From Trichinella spiralis (Eukaryota), in contig NW_003526941.1 in assembly GCF_000181795.1 (NCBI RefSeq), forward strand, positions 4,181,218-4,245,217: DNA of 64,000 nucleotides, in the 5' to 3' direction. The stretch's first letter is position 1, and the number at the start of each line of letters is the position of its first letter. Positions 39,501-54,084 of this stretch are shown piece by piece. The translations under genes were made by a program, and so were the position numbers. Below the pieces are notes generated by a model, which was given only the letters and a program-made list of their open reading frames with translations, did no database searches and had not been told where the DNA came from.

Positions 39501-42500
39501 GTGGAAGAGATGGTTGAAATGGAAAAGAGGGTCAATTGGGTGCCCGGAGGAGGGAGGTGTTTAGCATCTGTGGGTCGTTAGCCATTTTTTCTTCAAAAAA
39601 CTGACCAGACTCAGGATGGGACGGTCGATAATTCAGGGAAATGGAACGCACGGCATGTGCAGGCAGTACCAGGCGGAGGGGCCAAAAAAATTCAAAATGC
39701 CACCAGTTGCACAGAATAGTCAGACGAGACGAGGTCGCATTGACGAGACCAAAATCCGGTGAAATCACCCTTGGGGTTTGGGTTTTTGTATTGTTTTGTT
39801 TTTTACCACAATTTTGTCACTTTCCTGCAACTGAACACGACAACATTGTTCACTTTGGACAAATTACCATATGCGCGACATCAATCAAATGGCCGATCAT
39901 TTCAGCAACTTGTTATTGACCTGACTGATCAGGTGACGCAATGACCATAATGTCCCATTGCTCAAGGGCATCATCATCATCATCATCATCATTCGACAAA
40001 GCCAACCTACCCTGTTTTGCCTGCTAAATGTGAACCAGTCTGTTTGTTCATTTTCAATGATCACCAGACTTTACTAGTTTTTATTAAATATCTAACTTCA
40101 TTTCCAACTGCCAACTGGTCTCGGTTGAAACTGGAAATTTTTATTGTTATAATTTCATCATTTGGTGGCTTCATCACTATCATTAATCCAAAGCTTCTTC
40201 CTTATTTCTCAAATTCAAATGAAAAACACTACACTACACTACACTACACTACACGAATGTGAAAAGAAAACAAAATAATGAATCGGTTTGTTAAAAGCTT
40301 CCATTCAAGCATCTCTTAAAATAATAATTATAATACTTATCGTGCATCCAAATAATGATTTGTTCAAAGTTTAAAAATAATAAAATAAATAAACACTGTA
40401 AAACGTATTTGAAATTATAAAGTATTGCCGTTGAAGAGTGTTTCGGTTAAAATTCGGCTAATGAATTTTCACATTTTGTAAACATCCATACAAAATTGAT
40501 CAACTTATCGATTTTCCAATTATAAAACATTACTTGAATAGCACTAATAACTTACTGTACTTTACTTGAAGCTCTATATTCAGCTGATATTTGTTGTCGA
40601 AACGCGTTGTGTTGTGGCAAAAATTGAGTTTTCATTAATTTATAAATTGCTTTTCTAAATTCGATCGCCTCGTACGAAAATATTCTACTAGTATAGTATA
40701 GCATAGAATGCTAAACATATATATCATTATGAAAATAATCAATTGCCAATCAGTCGCTTCTTGTTGCTTATTGGTTGAATTGAAATGTCTTAATTGAGCG
40801 TGATTTTTGTTGCTGTTTTTTCCCATTCATTTAGTCTGTTATCGAATCATCCGCCGACAGACCATTGAACATTTATTTGATGTTCAGCTTTTAGACGAGC
40901 TTTCAATTAGCTCTGCTGTTGTTAAGCTGACGTTTGTGGTTCACTTTGTTGTGTATCGCTTGACGCTGTTATGCACTCGAAAGCTCCGGTTTATTCATGT
41001 GAGAAGAGAGCCAAATTTGCTAGGCGTGAAAACAAAAAGTACGTCCGTAGCTGTTTAGATACTCAATACGTGTACTTTTTCACCATGATTGCTCATCGGT
41101 TCAAAGGCTGCTTCACAATTGACTTGTGCTTTTTACATTCATTAAATTTTATCATCCATTTTATTATTGCCTAGTTTGTTATTATTTATTCAATTCTATT
41201 ATGAAATAACATGTAGAAATTGATTTTTTTTCAGATGAGTTACACTTCGATGCTTAAATCATGCAAAACATTATTCTTATAATCCTTATTTTGATTAATA
41301 AAGATTAAATCTTATAAAATAATGTCCTCATATACACTTGTACGCATTAATTATTAAACAAATTAACATTTCAACACAAACTTTAACATATGCGCTTTAG
41401 GTGGGTTCGATTGGCCACTGTAATTGGTTACATATGTGCAGTGTGTTTACCAGCTGTAGCTTTATCTGTGTATTATGTCGGATTCTGGGATCCTCATTAC
41501 AAAGAAAAGGTACGGATGAAGTGGAATTTTTAAAATGATGTTTTTTCTTGTTTATATAAAGTTTTTTTTAATGATACTTCAAAATTTCAAAATGTAAAAT
41601 GTAAAGAACTTTCGACAAACGAAAAATTTCAACACAGCAATTTTCGATATGTGTGAAATGACTTCAAAAATAAAGTGTTCACTTAGTGAATATTTTCATG
41701 CTGTTTATCATTATTTCTGCTTTTAAAATTCTCAAAGGGGCGAGAAATTTTTAAAGAAAAATCAATGTTAATAAAGAAAGCTACGCTTAATTTATATCAG
41801 GATGGAGATATTGATAATCTTTTCCTTCGAATGGCAAGCATGTCACATCATATTTGCTAAAGTGAATTTATTTTTGTTTGCAGTTTCCACCCAATTCAAG
41901 CTTCGCGCTGAGCAACCTCGGTGCTGCTAGTGGTTCCAATTCTGGCAGTGAAATCAAGACGCCATGCAATGCATGCAACATTGAAGTGACAAAAAGAAAA
42001 TTATCACCACCCAGTCGCGTTAAGCAAAATATCCGTAAAACGAAAGTGAACAATACCAGAGATAGTAGTACTATGGTGCAGTCGAAAATGTCCCCACCTG
42101 AGCGTCTTGGGCCATCATAATAAATAAATGTATATTGATTGTTTTCATTTTGTTCAATTATAAAACTAAACCTCCTAAACCATTTTAACTTATATACAAC
42201 GATATTTGACCAGCTTTTACACAGTGATAATAATTTACATACGATGACATTAGCTTGCTTATTTATTTATTTATTTATTTATTTCTAGATTTCATTTGCT
42301 AGTTCTGTTGAGCTGGAAATTCACACGTGAGTGCGATGCGATGTGATTTTATTTCCTCATTTTTGCCGACTTAGCAATGGAACAATTGCTAATTTGAACA
42401 CCAACCATTTAGAAGAACAAATGGCAAACAGGCAGCGCGCGTGTGCAAGCGCAATTGATCAGCTTAATCAATCACATGCTGTGTATGTTTGCGTTGCGTT

Positions 42501-42996
42501 TGCAGATGTTCTAAAGTTTTTTTCTTATATTCTAATTTTTCCTTGTCTACTCCTACTTGACCATTATAATTATTACACTGTAAATTTTGCCCATTATCCT
42601 ATTCTCATTCTTATTATCAAGATCCAATGATGGATGATGCATGCATTTGATCTGCTGTACACTGTTATTGAATCGCAGTGCTGACTGAGAGAGGATCGCT
42701 CTTACCAACAAACAACTATTTATTCTATGCAAATATTGCAGATTTGATAAACGAATTATTTCGACTGTACTTAACTTGACAAGTTGATAAGATTTTTTAA
42801 AAAAAATCGCCTAATTATAAACTTTAATTTTCCATTTACACCCGTGAAGTTAATCAGTACTGCTACACGCTCGATAATAATGAAAAACAACAAAATATAT
42901 ACTACGCAAAAAATGATAATGCAATAACAGATGAGAAATTAAATTAATTCATGCAAACAAAAAAAATTAGATACTTGATATGATGGTTTAAGCGAA

Positions 42997-45900
42997 TCAG
43001 TCGATTGCACTGAGAGTGTATGAACCATGACCATTCAAATGAAGCTCGACTTGATGAAATGAACGCAGTGAATGTCGATGACCGATTGAAACTACAGTCA
43101 CGCCTTCCTTAAATTAAACAACAAAATTATAACGTGCAATTAATCAATCAGTGTAAAATTTAAAAGAGAGAAAAATTAAAAGAGTAATGATGAAAAAATT
43201 TTACTTACGGTGCGAAGAGTTTCATAAACTTGCTTCTCATAATCGGCACCAATTGCGCTGGTTACTTCGTCCATGAATGCTACTGCAGGTCTGTGATAGA
43301 AAATTCTCAGAATTGATAATCGTTGACTCTCGCCTGGTGTTAATACGTGATTCCTATTGAAAAATTTGCATTATTATGAACTGAGATAAAAATAGGACGG
43401 CAAATTTGTTTACCAATCCCAGTCGACTACTTTATCCAATCCTCCGCAACGTTCTACCAAATGGTCAAGCTTCAAAAAGCGAAGCATGTTAATCAAACGT
43501 TCACTATCTTGTACGGCTAGAGTGGAATGAGAGAATATTGTTCGCATTTATTATTATTAAACTGTTCATTTCTCTTGTTCACATACAATCACTGCAATAA
43601 GTTTCTCGAAATGGATAAACCAACTGTTGACGTAAAGAAGCTCGGGGGAAATACGGTTTCTGTGGCAAATACAAAACCCAAGGCAGTCGATTTGGTACAT
43701 GCCGAACAATTGAACCTGAAAATCACATACAAATGATGATCCAATTGATGATTGACAAATTTTGAAAGCAAACCATCATAAAGTTTCCAAAAGCCACAGA
43801 ACACCCTGAAAAGTGAACTCTTTCCACTGCTGCTGTCACCGGTAATGAGCACATTGCGACCAATTTGCACTTCGAGAGATAAATCTGAAAAGTATCGTTA
43901 AACTTTAAACAAGTATTAAATTTTCATTCCAAGCGATTCGTTGCATTTTGCGAAAAATTCACTTACTTTCAATCAAATAAGCAGTACTGTTTGGCAAACG
44001 TAACGAAGCATTCTGCAAAGTCAATATTGGCATACCATTCGTCGTTGAATTAACATTAGCCAAATACTTGGATGATTTTTGAGATTTTTCATTTTCAACC
44101 CTAAAAAAATATAATCATTTTTTAAATTTAAATTGATTCATTTGAAAAAGTTTGATATGAATGACGAACAATAAATAAAATCAAAAATTGCAAATTTTTT
44201 CAACTAAAAGATTAATGAACAACGTGGTAGTTTGAAAAATCGTCAAAACTACTCACTCTTTCACATTCTTTCAAACTTCATACTGATTTAACACAAATAA
44301 AGAAATGAAAAAAAATTTACATTACATATTAGAAATAACTTTTAAAATTTCAAATAATAAAAAGTTCAAGATTACTTTTTTGGAAAGAAAACGTCGTTGC
44401 CATAACATACTTCTTCTGACCATGCAGAATCTGTATAATCGCTGTTCAGATCCAGTAAATATTCATAAAGTTGCACCACGCTGAAACATATTCCATTTAT
44501 TCACGCTCTTCACTCTTGATAATTTTCATTTTTCAATAATATTTTTTTCCTTTAATAATATGTTCACAAAACCAAAAACCATGCTCAAATACCCAGTTAT
44601 GCTTAACTTAACTTGAATTGAATTTTCAAACAAACAATATATCACATACCGATGTGTTGTTCCAGCCATATCACTGACTCGAGCAGTCAAATCTGTCAGT
44701 GTTGAAAATGAATTAATAAGATACATATAGTAAAAAGAGTTCTATAAAAGAAGAAAAAAGTGAAATTGCTGGTTAAATAATAGAAATAAAATTACTCTGC
44801 TTATAATTCCACTCATGGCAACCGGAGATACATCGTCATAAGTGCCTAGCAGCAATATTGGAATGGCAATTATCAGATAGCTCAAAATTGCTCCAAAATA
44901 GTCGAACGAGTTGTTTGAATCTGAATGGATTATTTATTATTGCTCAATTATGTCATGCATTTTTTTAAAAATCACTTACAAGTAAGAAAAAATCGCCAGT
45001 TGATTAACTTTTGTTGTGTATTTAATAAATTTTCCAGATCTTTCTCTGTAAACAGCTTTTCCAAGCTTCCAGACTGGTAAAAAGCGATCGCTTCGGAATG
45101 ATTTCGTACCGACACATGTTTAAACCTTTACAAATTTATAAATTTTCCAATTTTCAATTTCACATATAAATAATTAAATATATGCATACCGAAAATCGCC
45201 CTCTTTCTGTTCCTGTTCTGCTACAAGCCTGACAATCGGTGACATCAGAAACTTGTTAATAATAGTAGCAACAATAAAATAACAGAAAATTGACAACGGA
45301 CCGATATAGCCAGAGCTAAATAAATAAAAATCATTCACCATATTAAAGAAAATTATAAAATTAAAAAAAAGAATGTGAATACCTCATCCCCGTTTTGTAC
45401 GTGTAATAGCCTATAATAAATGGTGACATGATCACTTTGCTAAAAATGTCACTAAATATACGACAGGTTTTTTCCACATCCTGAGTAATTCTTTGATCAC
45501 TATCAATAAACAAATAAATATGCAATTATTTATAAATTAATGACCAATTGATAAATTACTTACGGATTATCTACGTCTCGGTAAGCTTGAAGATGATTAA
45601 TTTCATAATAAACAAAACGGTTAAAATATAGCAAATGAATGCGATGACATATACGCTGACGCCAGTGCAAGTAAAGCACATTTGTTGAATAAGTAACAGA
45701 AGTCAAAATCTGAAATAAATCATTTTTACAAATTTTTCTTCAACTTTAGCTAATTTGGTTTTCTGGATTTGATTGTTTCTCAAAACCACACATTTGAACA
45801 ATTTGAATATTATTCAATTGTTTGTAAAAGAAAAGTTTAAAGATACAAAATAAGAAGATCAATAAAAATCACTCTGTTTTCACTTACAAACGCTTTAGCC

Positions 45901-46242
45901 AATATTAAACATATCGCTTTCACTGATGTCATACGAAATGCATCACCGTCACGCCCACCGAGCACTTCGTAAAATTCGCTCGGCAAAATGCCAATGTGAT
46001 AAGTGAGAAGCTGTTCTGAAAGAAGCTTAACAATTATTATCAAAAAAAAACAAAAAACAATGCATAACAATGGAAATTTTAATACCAATAACTCCGAGAA
46101 GCACAATAAACAAAGCCAGTGTGGACGAAAACACGCCAGTAAACATGATTTTAAAAAGGACAAAAAATCTCCTGACGAAAAGCCAGTTAAATCGAATCTC
46201 ATTTACCGGAGCTCTGGAATGTGTTGTATTTTTTGAAGACAT
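42997..46242 (-). CDS. ABCD4: ABC transporter subfamily D half-transporter, ABCD4-like (lysosomal cobalamin export), about 13 exons
   Basis: [12 protein letters not shown]-terminus, [50 protein letters not shown], Walker [19 protein letters not shown] signature, AFMDEVTSA and SIGHR H-loop. Confidence 0.92.
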
Positions 46243-48499
46243 GCAGCCTGAAAATACGGCAATAATTTCACTCATTCATTCATTTCAAATGCACAAATAC
46301 TTGAATAAATAAAGCAACAGATAGCACAAGCACAAGTAAGAAAGAAACTGAAAACAATGCTACCAACAATTTAACCTTGAATATCATTTATACATTTTTA
46401 TAAATAGAAATAAAAGAAACATATATAAATGTTTTCTTAGAAATAAAATATGTTATTTAAATGAACGAATAAACGTAATGAAATGAAATTTGTAAATTCG
46501 TCTATGATAATACTATTTCAAAATGTCTCTACAAGAACTGAAGAAACTTTGAGTGATCAAACACGTTGAAATCGAATCCAAATACTGAATTTATAAACAA
46601 TTTTATCTAATGAAGAGCTTACCCATTTTTTAAAAATGCACAAAAACACACAATCGAATTATAACATTAAGCAGCTTTCTTTCTGTTTACATAACCGTCA
46701 GCAAGCTATATTTGCTCCATTGAAAACCTGTAAAACGTGTATTTATTAATTCCTTTCAGGAAATGTATTTTTAACTTTTAATTTAAACTTCATCATATAT
46801 TCGCGCTATACATATACTCACATACTTGCATAAAGCATGTAAACAGATGGAAAAATTCTGCATGTCGTACAGTTGATTAAAGAATTTATATGCATATGTT
46901 AAACACAACAGCATGCAAATAAAAATATGTATACGTTAACGTTAAAGAATATTCACATAAATATAAAATATACACATATTTGAATTGTATATGATCATGC
47001 ACAATTCTTTTTATTCTTCGTTTAAAAATTGCAGGCATTTGTATCCAAATTTAGATATAACTGTTATATTATAAAGCAAATAATATGAAGAACAAACCTA
47101 ACAAAAATAAAACGTAACAATTCATGCTCTCTGCATTATTATTTTAAATTTGTTCATTCATTTTTTCATATCTTTTAAATTTTTTTCTAATCACAACCGA
47201 ACATCATATCAATCGATTTGAGCAATATCGCTTGACATACCAATTTTGATACATAGTATAAAAGTAAAAAATACTTTTCAGAAGTACTTTTTGGATCGTA
47301 CGCTTCGGTTTGAAATTTCAAAAAGTTGAAATTCACCATAAATCAAGTAAAATTTGATTGTCAAGTACAATTCACTACCATTACCTAAAACATTCTATCA
47401 TAGCAAAAAGAATAATAATTACTGCGTAAAAATTACGAATAAAATTTAAAATTAAGAAATGAAGTACAATAACTAAAGCTGTCATTAAAGCATGTAGTTT
47501 TTCAATGGATTTGAATAATATTTAGCTCATTTCAGTTTGCTGAAACAAAATATAGCAATAAATATTGGATAAAATTACAATTGATGTGTTTTTGGTTGAA
47601 ATTTGGCATCATTTCAACAGCTGCCAATAGTTGCTATGGGATTGATTGGAACGTCTGTTTTATTACTGCTTGGCGCGACAAAAGCTATCATTTGTTCGTT
47701 CGGCTGGTTGTCTAACCCAACGCAGACCGTGTATGTGTGCGGTTGGTGCTTTTCGAAGTTCGAAACACGGCCTGATTGATTGCCAGTGGATGGACGGATA
47801 GATCTTAGCAAGCGCTTGCAAGTTGGAACGGCCAAAAAATCGACATGATCGCTTCCATCTTGCCCTGATCTGTTAATGACCAATGATCACGCGCCAAAGC
47901 TAGATCTAGCCGTGATTCGGTTCCAAGCTTGTGTCAATAATTGGTTGCTTAATGAACCCAGGCAATGCTAGCCTTAATCCGCTTACAGGCCGGACGCAAC
48001 TTCGATGACCACTGGCCAAAGCATCAATAATAGTAACAATGCAAGCGACCAGTCGTCCACAAGCGCATCTGCCGCCTAATCCAAACCAACTTGATCAATC
48101 TGCAATATAAAAAAAGCAGTCACCGTTGATGATCATTTCATGGTAAGTAATTCCATATTTTATAAAGCATTTTTTCACATTTACAGTTTTCTTTCCAAAT
48201 TTTCATTCAAAATCTACCTAAATAAATATCTTCATTATTTGTAATACAATGCTCTGTTATACATGTATAAAACTCGTAAACAAACGCAAAATTATTCTTG
48301 CGTTTTTTATTTGTCATTATATTCCTCTATTTCTACTCAAATGCGAGTACTGTTATTAGTAGTTATCTTTCTGTAAATATATTAAAGATGGAGAAAAATT
48401 TACATACATCACCTCACTGTAAATATGAAACTGATTATTATGTTGAATTGAAAAAGAATTTTTCTCTAAAACCAATAATATAATTATCAATTATCAACG

Positions 48500-48502
<3 letters not shown>

Positions 48503-48550
<48 letters not shown>
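48503..48550. repeat. (AT)n microsatellite
   Basis: About 24 AT units. Confidence 0.95.
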
Positions 48551-48552
<2 letters not shown>

Positions 48553-51500
48553 AATCTATAGATAAAAATAACAGAAAATTCCGACAAATTAATGTGAAAA
48601 TTGCATTGCAATTGAATAATTGCATGTTTGATAATAGAGATATATGTATGATAATAAAATGAGAAAAGACATTTTTAACAGTTCTATTTAAACAGAAAAT
48701 GTTTCAAATAAAAATTCATAACCCCAAAGCATAAAGAGAAGTAAGTAATCGATGCTTGCCTTAAATGGTTCCATTTTTGGATAAGCAGCTGGAATTGTCT
48801 TTTCTCGCTTTTCGTAGTTGCTTAATAGAATCGGCTGATGATAGACGGTCGAAATTGCTCAGCCGCAAACGTTGTTGAAATCGATTGTCATAAGGCGCTC
48901 ATTTATTACAAGAGTTGTTTGCTTAGTTCACTTTGCTGCCACTTCGAGCTTTCACTAGCTTGTCAACTGAGCTTGTCATGCAATTTTTGAGTCGATGAAA
49001 ACTAAAAATTTCAATATACATTCTACTTCTCCTCCGATGCAAGTGAAATAACAAGTAATTATCTTTAGCAAATTTTCCATTTGCCCTTTTTATAATATAA
49101 GAAAAACAAAAAAAATTAATAATCCATTTTTATCTACATGTAAAACTATTTGAAATTCAATTAAAAATTGATATATTGATTTCGTAGTTGTTTGTATATA
49201 AGTTGGAGAATTGCTGTGGAAAATTCGAACATTCGAAAGCAATTTTCTCATATGTTTTCCAGTTTAATAATCGGTTGAGATTAAGTTATTTGTTTCAATC
49301 TTATCAATCGCTGCAGTGCAGGTTGTAGTGTAATGCAAAGAAGAAAACATGTACAATAATTAACAAATGGAAAAAGATGCTGGTATTGTTAATAATCTTG
49401 GTCTAGAATTGGAATTTGAAACTTATTTTTCACAGGACATCTGCTTCCGTTGTGTGCAGAAAAAAGGTTGCCGAAGCGTAGAAATGCGCAAAAGGAAATA
49501 CTAGCAAATATGTGCTTTTTTTGAAAGACGATTTTATCGGATCATAAGATTTCGGGTCGATTCTGAATGGTTAAGCAAAGTCAAAACAATATACCAGGAT
49601 TTTGTTGGTCAGATTAAGTCAATTAACGATTCTATACTGATCTCATCGAGTGTAAAAAATCGGATCAAGAGCTTAAACAGGAACGAACAAGCAAGCTGAC
49701 CTGCAGCCGACCTGTGCTTAAATGAAGAGGAAAAAACTGTAGATTCGAACGAACGTGGGCCTGTTGGCTGCCACGTTATTCACGACAGCTGCAAGCGAGC
49801 GGATGAAAAATTGACCCTGCTGAGCTATTCACTTTTCCATCTACAAGCATGTTGGCATGCATTGTAGAACACTCGCAACTATGGAGCCGGGCCTTGCATT
49901 GAAGCTTCAGGTCAGAGGTGTGAATTCCAGCAGAGAAAGATGACTAGTTGAACAGTTGGATATCTGCCAATGCGTGCAACAGTAGTAATTGACAAGGTAG
50001 CTGATTGTATCTAATGACTCCCTGCTAATTTAATGACTCGTTTGTCAGTGTTTGCACGCTTCTGCATCAGAAAATGAAAAGAGACGGATCAAGGTCGGAT
50101 AGAAATGACAATTTCATTGCGTATGATGATAAATAGCTAAATGGAATTGCACTTGTCTGCCCGTGTCTGATTGGCAATGCATTTATTTCAACCATAAGCA
50201 TTTTTCCAACGACCTTGCTGCTTTCGAGTGGTACTTTGTAGAACATTGTCCTGACAGCTTATTTATACATTTTGTCACATGATTATTGCTCGAAAATTAA
50301 TATTTTCTTCTCATTTATTTAGCTTATGGGGAATGTTGAATTGAAAAATAGCAGGTCGTCGTGGTCAGAATGTGGTAGATATTCTTCATTCAATTAGTTA
50401 ATTAAGCGTTATCATTGGAGAATGAGTGGGGTTTGACAAAGCTGAAAAGGAATTGGGTTAATTTCAAATTCTCAGGAACAGTGAAACCTGTCTTCACACT
50501 TTTCTTACTTTCGAACGCGTTTATTGGAAATGGCAGAATCGATGGAATGGAAATTAGTCATTAGTTGGTTCAGAGGAACAGACTTTCCATATAACAGAAA
50601 TTCGAAATGCACAAAATGCACTTCATTGACGTACTGAAAATTGTAAGTAAACTGCTTTTACTACAGGCATTTGAAATCAATTAATTACAATTTTAAACTG
50701 TTCTATCTATTGAACATTTTAACTAGTTGGCAAACTGTCTCTTTCGTAATAAAGTTGTTGTTCGGCTAAGTTATGTTAAATGATAATGTTTAATTATCGA
50801 TTGAAAAATAATAAAATTTGATACATTACATAAATTTGATTCTTACTTTCATATATTCTTCTTCCAATTGTTTCACTTTCCAAATACTGTCGGACAATAA
50901 TGGAATTTCCAATTTTTGTAACTGCATTTTTCCATCACCAAAATCTGCAAAAATTAAATTATAATAAATATTTATTATAAGGTCATGAGTATATGGTTAA
51001 TTTCTGAATTGCTCACTTCCTGCCCATAAATGCAACGAATGATGTAGTTGAATATTTTCCCTTTTATTCTTTTTATGGGATGTTAGCAGTGGTTAAAATT
51101 GTCGACCCTGACTGTATGGTCAGGGCCAGAGAATTGTTTTACAATTCTCTCTCTCTCTCTCTCACCCTGGTAATTTCTTTTATTATTCACTTTTACTAGA
51201 TGTGCACAGTCGACCTTGTCGGCAACCTTTTGAAGTTTGCATATTGTTTGCTTGCTGATTTTCACTTTAAATTCAAAAAATTCAGCTTTAAAATTGATAA
51301 TTTCAATTTGATGATAATGAGGAGAAATGAGTATATGATGCACCTGGTCTGAAAAGGTCAATTATTGATCGTTTTCAAAGAAGGCAATATAATAAAATGT
51401 TTTGCTTTGCAGGTGAAGCGAGAAATAAATAATGAAGCATATTATTATTATTAATTGACTTTGTAAACATGACGCTTTTGCAATGTTAATTAGTTCAATT

Positions 51501-54084
51501 GGTGCACTGTGCACTTCTGATTGAATAAGTGTTTCATGAAAATTTGATGAAAACGCTGGTGAAGTAGATCATTTGGGGGCTTTGTTGATCGGTAGGTAGG
51601 GGCATTTAAATTTTTCAAACAATCCCAATTCGATCAGGTGACAATTTAAATTTTGCCCATCTGCTGTTGCTGCACACGAAATCCGAATGACAGTTTTGAC
51701 AACATCTGCACAACGGACAACATCCGAACTATTCTCCAATTCTGCCACAATTGTTGTAAATCGTGGGAAATGGTACAATTGTGCCAAAGATGGCTTTACA
51801 AGCGGTTCCCTTTGACAAGGCCATGTCTTCTATGAATCATCTCGGCTGGCTTCAGAGGACGGGATTCAGAGGTGATCAATATCATATCAGTAACTCGACC
51901 TGTTTTTGTAGATTTTAATCTACTATTTTTGCCGGTCGGTCGTCACCCTTCTGTTTCTGAGAGGGGCAATTCTTGAAATTAAGACAACAATTTATCGATT
52001 CATAATTGTCATCAGTTTCACTAACGCTAAAATATTAAAACTAATAATTTGTTATAACTTCACAGTATGCTATTTTAATGAAATATTGAATATAAAATCA
52101 AAAGAAGTAATTCAATACAGTACCCTTATTTAAACTTATTTAGCATTATAAGAATAAATAGCAGATTTTCATTATTTCCAAAATCAAACAATAACACATT
52201 TATAATCATGTTGTTCAATTGTCCTAAATGTACAAAAGTTTTCACCATCATCATCATCATCATTGCAGTCATTTCAAAGTACACAGCATTCAATCAGAAT
52301 TTTAATCATTTTTGACATTAATCCATCTACATTTTACTTGATGAATGTATGTTTAACAAGAACAGACAAAAAATTTACAATTTTCCATTGTGACAACAGT
52401 CCAGCTATGTCAATCAGAGAGAGGCCTGTTCAGATATAAAATTCGAAAATTTTCCCCCTACAAAATCACTTTTCATCTAAATCCATCTCTTTCGTTACGT
52501 CAATTGAATAATTCAAAAATTTTCTCCATCAACTTTTTGCATTGTTCATAAGTTGAATATGTTCCTTTTGTCAATTTTAACCAAGGCAAAAATGCTCAAT
52601 AATTACCAGGTAAGAAATGAATGAAAATTGACTCTACTACCGTTTCAGTTTAATATTCAATTATTTCGTTTCAATTTTGACGCCTAATTTCCACCTAGTT
52701 TCATTGAATGCTTTTTCTATGTTTCTTGAGCACAGTATTCATAGAAGATTGAAATTAAAAATTGCATGCAAAATAAAAACACTACTAGTAATATCCAGAG
52801 CGACAAAACTTTTCTTTCAAAACTAGTTAGTTAATATGCTGCTTGAAAAAATACGACAACTGCTTTTTTTAATGTTGCCAGCGCTATTTATCGGTGAAGA
52901 AGAGTAAAAATGGCCGACGCGGCAAAAATGATCATTTGAGCTTCACTGCTTTTTCACTGTTTCCAATTCTAATCATTCATTGCTCTTCTTCTTCTTCTTG
53001 TTTCATTCATCCCTTTTATACACACAGACATGTATGTTTGATATCATATTTTTTTGATCTGTGAAGCTCAATTGGCTTAGCATAGAGAGGTGCTTTGTTA
53101 GCTAGTCAGGTCAACGATCATTCCCAACAGAATTACCCATATGGCTCCCTACGAACCAATAAGATTCTCTGCTCCACATGTAAATTGCATTCATCACCTT
53201 TCATTTCAATAGTGCAGCTGCGGATGATCAGAGGCGCACCTTATGGGAAAAAGCCTCAAAGAAATTGTTCACCAGACACTTTTCATTTCGTGTTGAAATT
53301 TTCAAGTGTGCTGTGATGTTTTATTGTGCGACTGAGGTCGCTATTCATTAACAATAGCAAAAGCTTCACTGAAAGATGCGGTCAAGTCAGTTGGAGTTCC
53401 ACTCTCTGTTCATGGCCAGTGCATTGATTGTTACTGCTGTCTCAGACAGCTTGTCCAGCTTAAAATATGTCAACAAGCCACTCGTGGATATGGAAAAAAT
53501 AGTAGGACCAAAATGTCCACCACGAGCACGTCTTCCTTTTCACATAAAAAGATGGAATATTGTAATAAAAAGAAATTAAGATTCATTTTAGATAAATGAC
53601 TATTGCAATAGGGTGGACTGTGGTATATTGAAGAATACAGTTTATTCTCATTCGTCTTAGTCATTTATGGCCATAAATTGGTCTATTCGAACTCGCTAAT
53701 TGACCTCAGTTGTCGTCAGTGATGACAGCACGTTTGCGTTGCTTTTCCTATGCCTGCATAGAATAGAATCACATTTTTGATGGACTAATCGTGCCAAGTG
53801 ACCGGCCTGGTCATAAAATTGCCGACCCGGTCAAAAAGATCCGCATAGCTGATATTGTGAACTATATACTACTAGGGCTTGGTTTGGTTTATCGATTACT
53901 GAGTTGCTACTCTGTTTTCTTTTCCATTATTTCCTTCTCCTCCTCCTCCTTCCCCACCCCTCTTCTTTCTCCGCTCTCTCTCTCTATCGTCCACTCTTAT
54001 TTGCTACTTGCTCATATTTGTTTACTGGATGTTGTTGTTGATAATTTTGATTTTAGCATTGTTGGATGATTGACGGTAAACGGG

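Noticed and set aside
41395..41420. GTGGGTTCGATTGGCCAC, resembling a tRNA T-arm/B-box
   Set aside because: No D-arm, anticodon arm or acceptor stem can be built around it.
47830..47902. Minus-strand AGCTTTGGCGCGTG plus ATTTTTTGG, resembling the U4 snRNA 5' end and an Sm site
   Set aside because: The spacing is about half that of U4, and the internal U4 stem-loop and U6-pairing sequences are absent.
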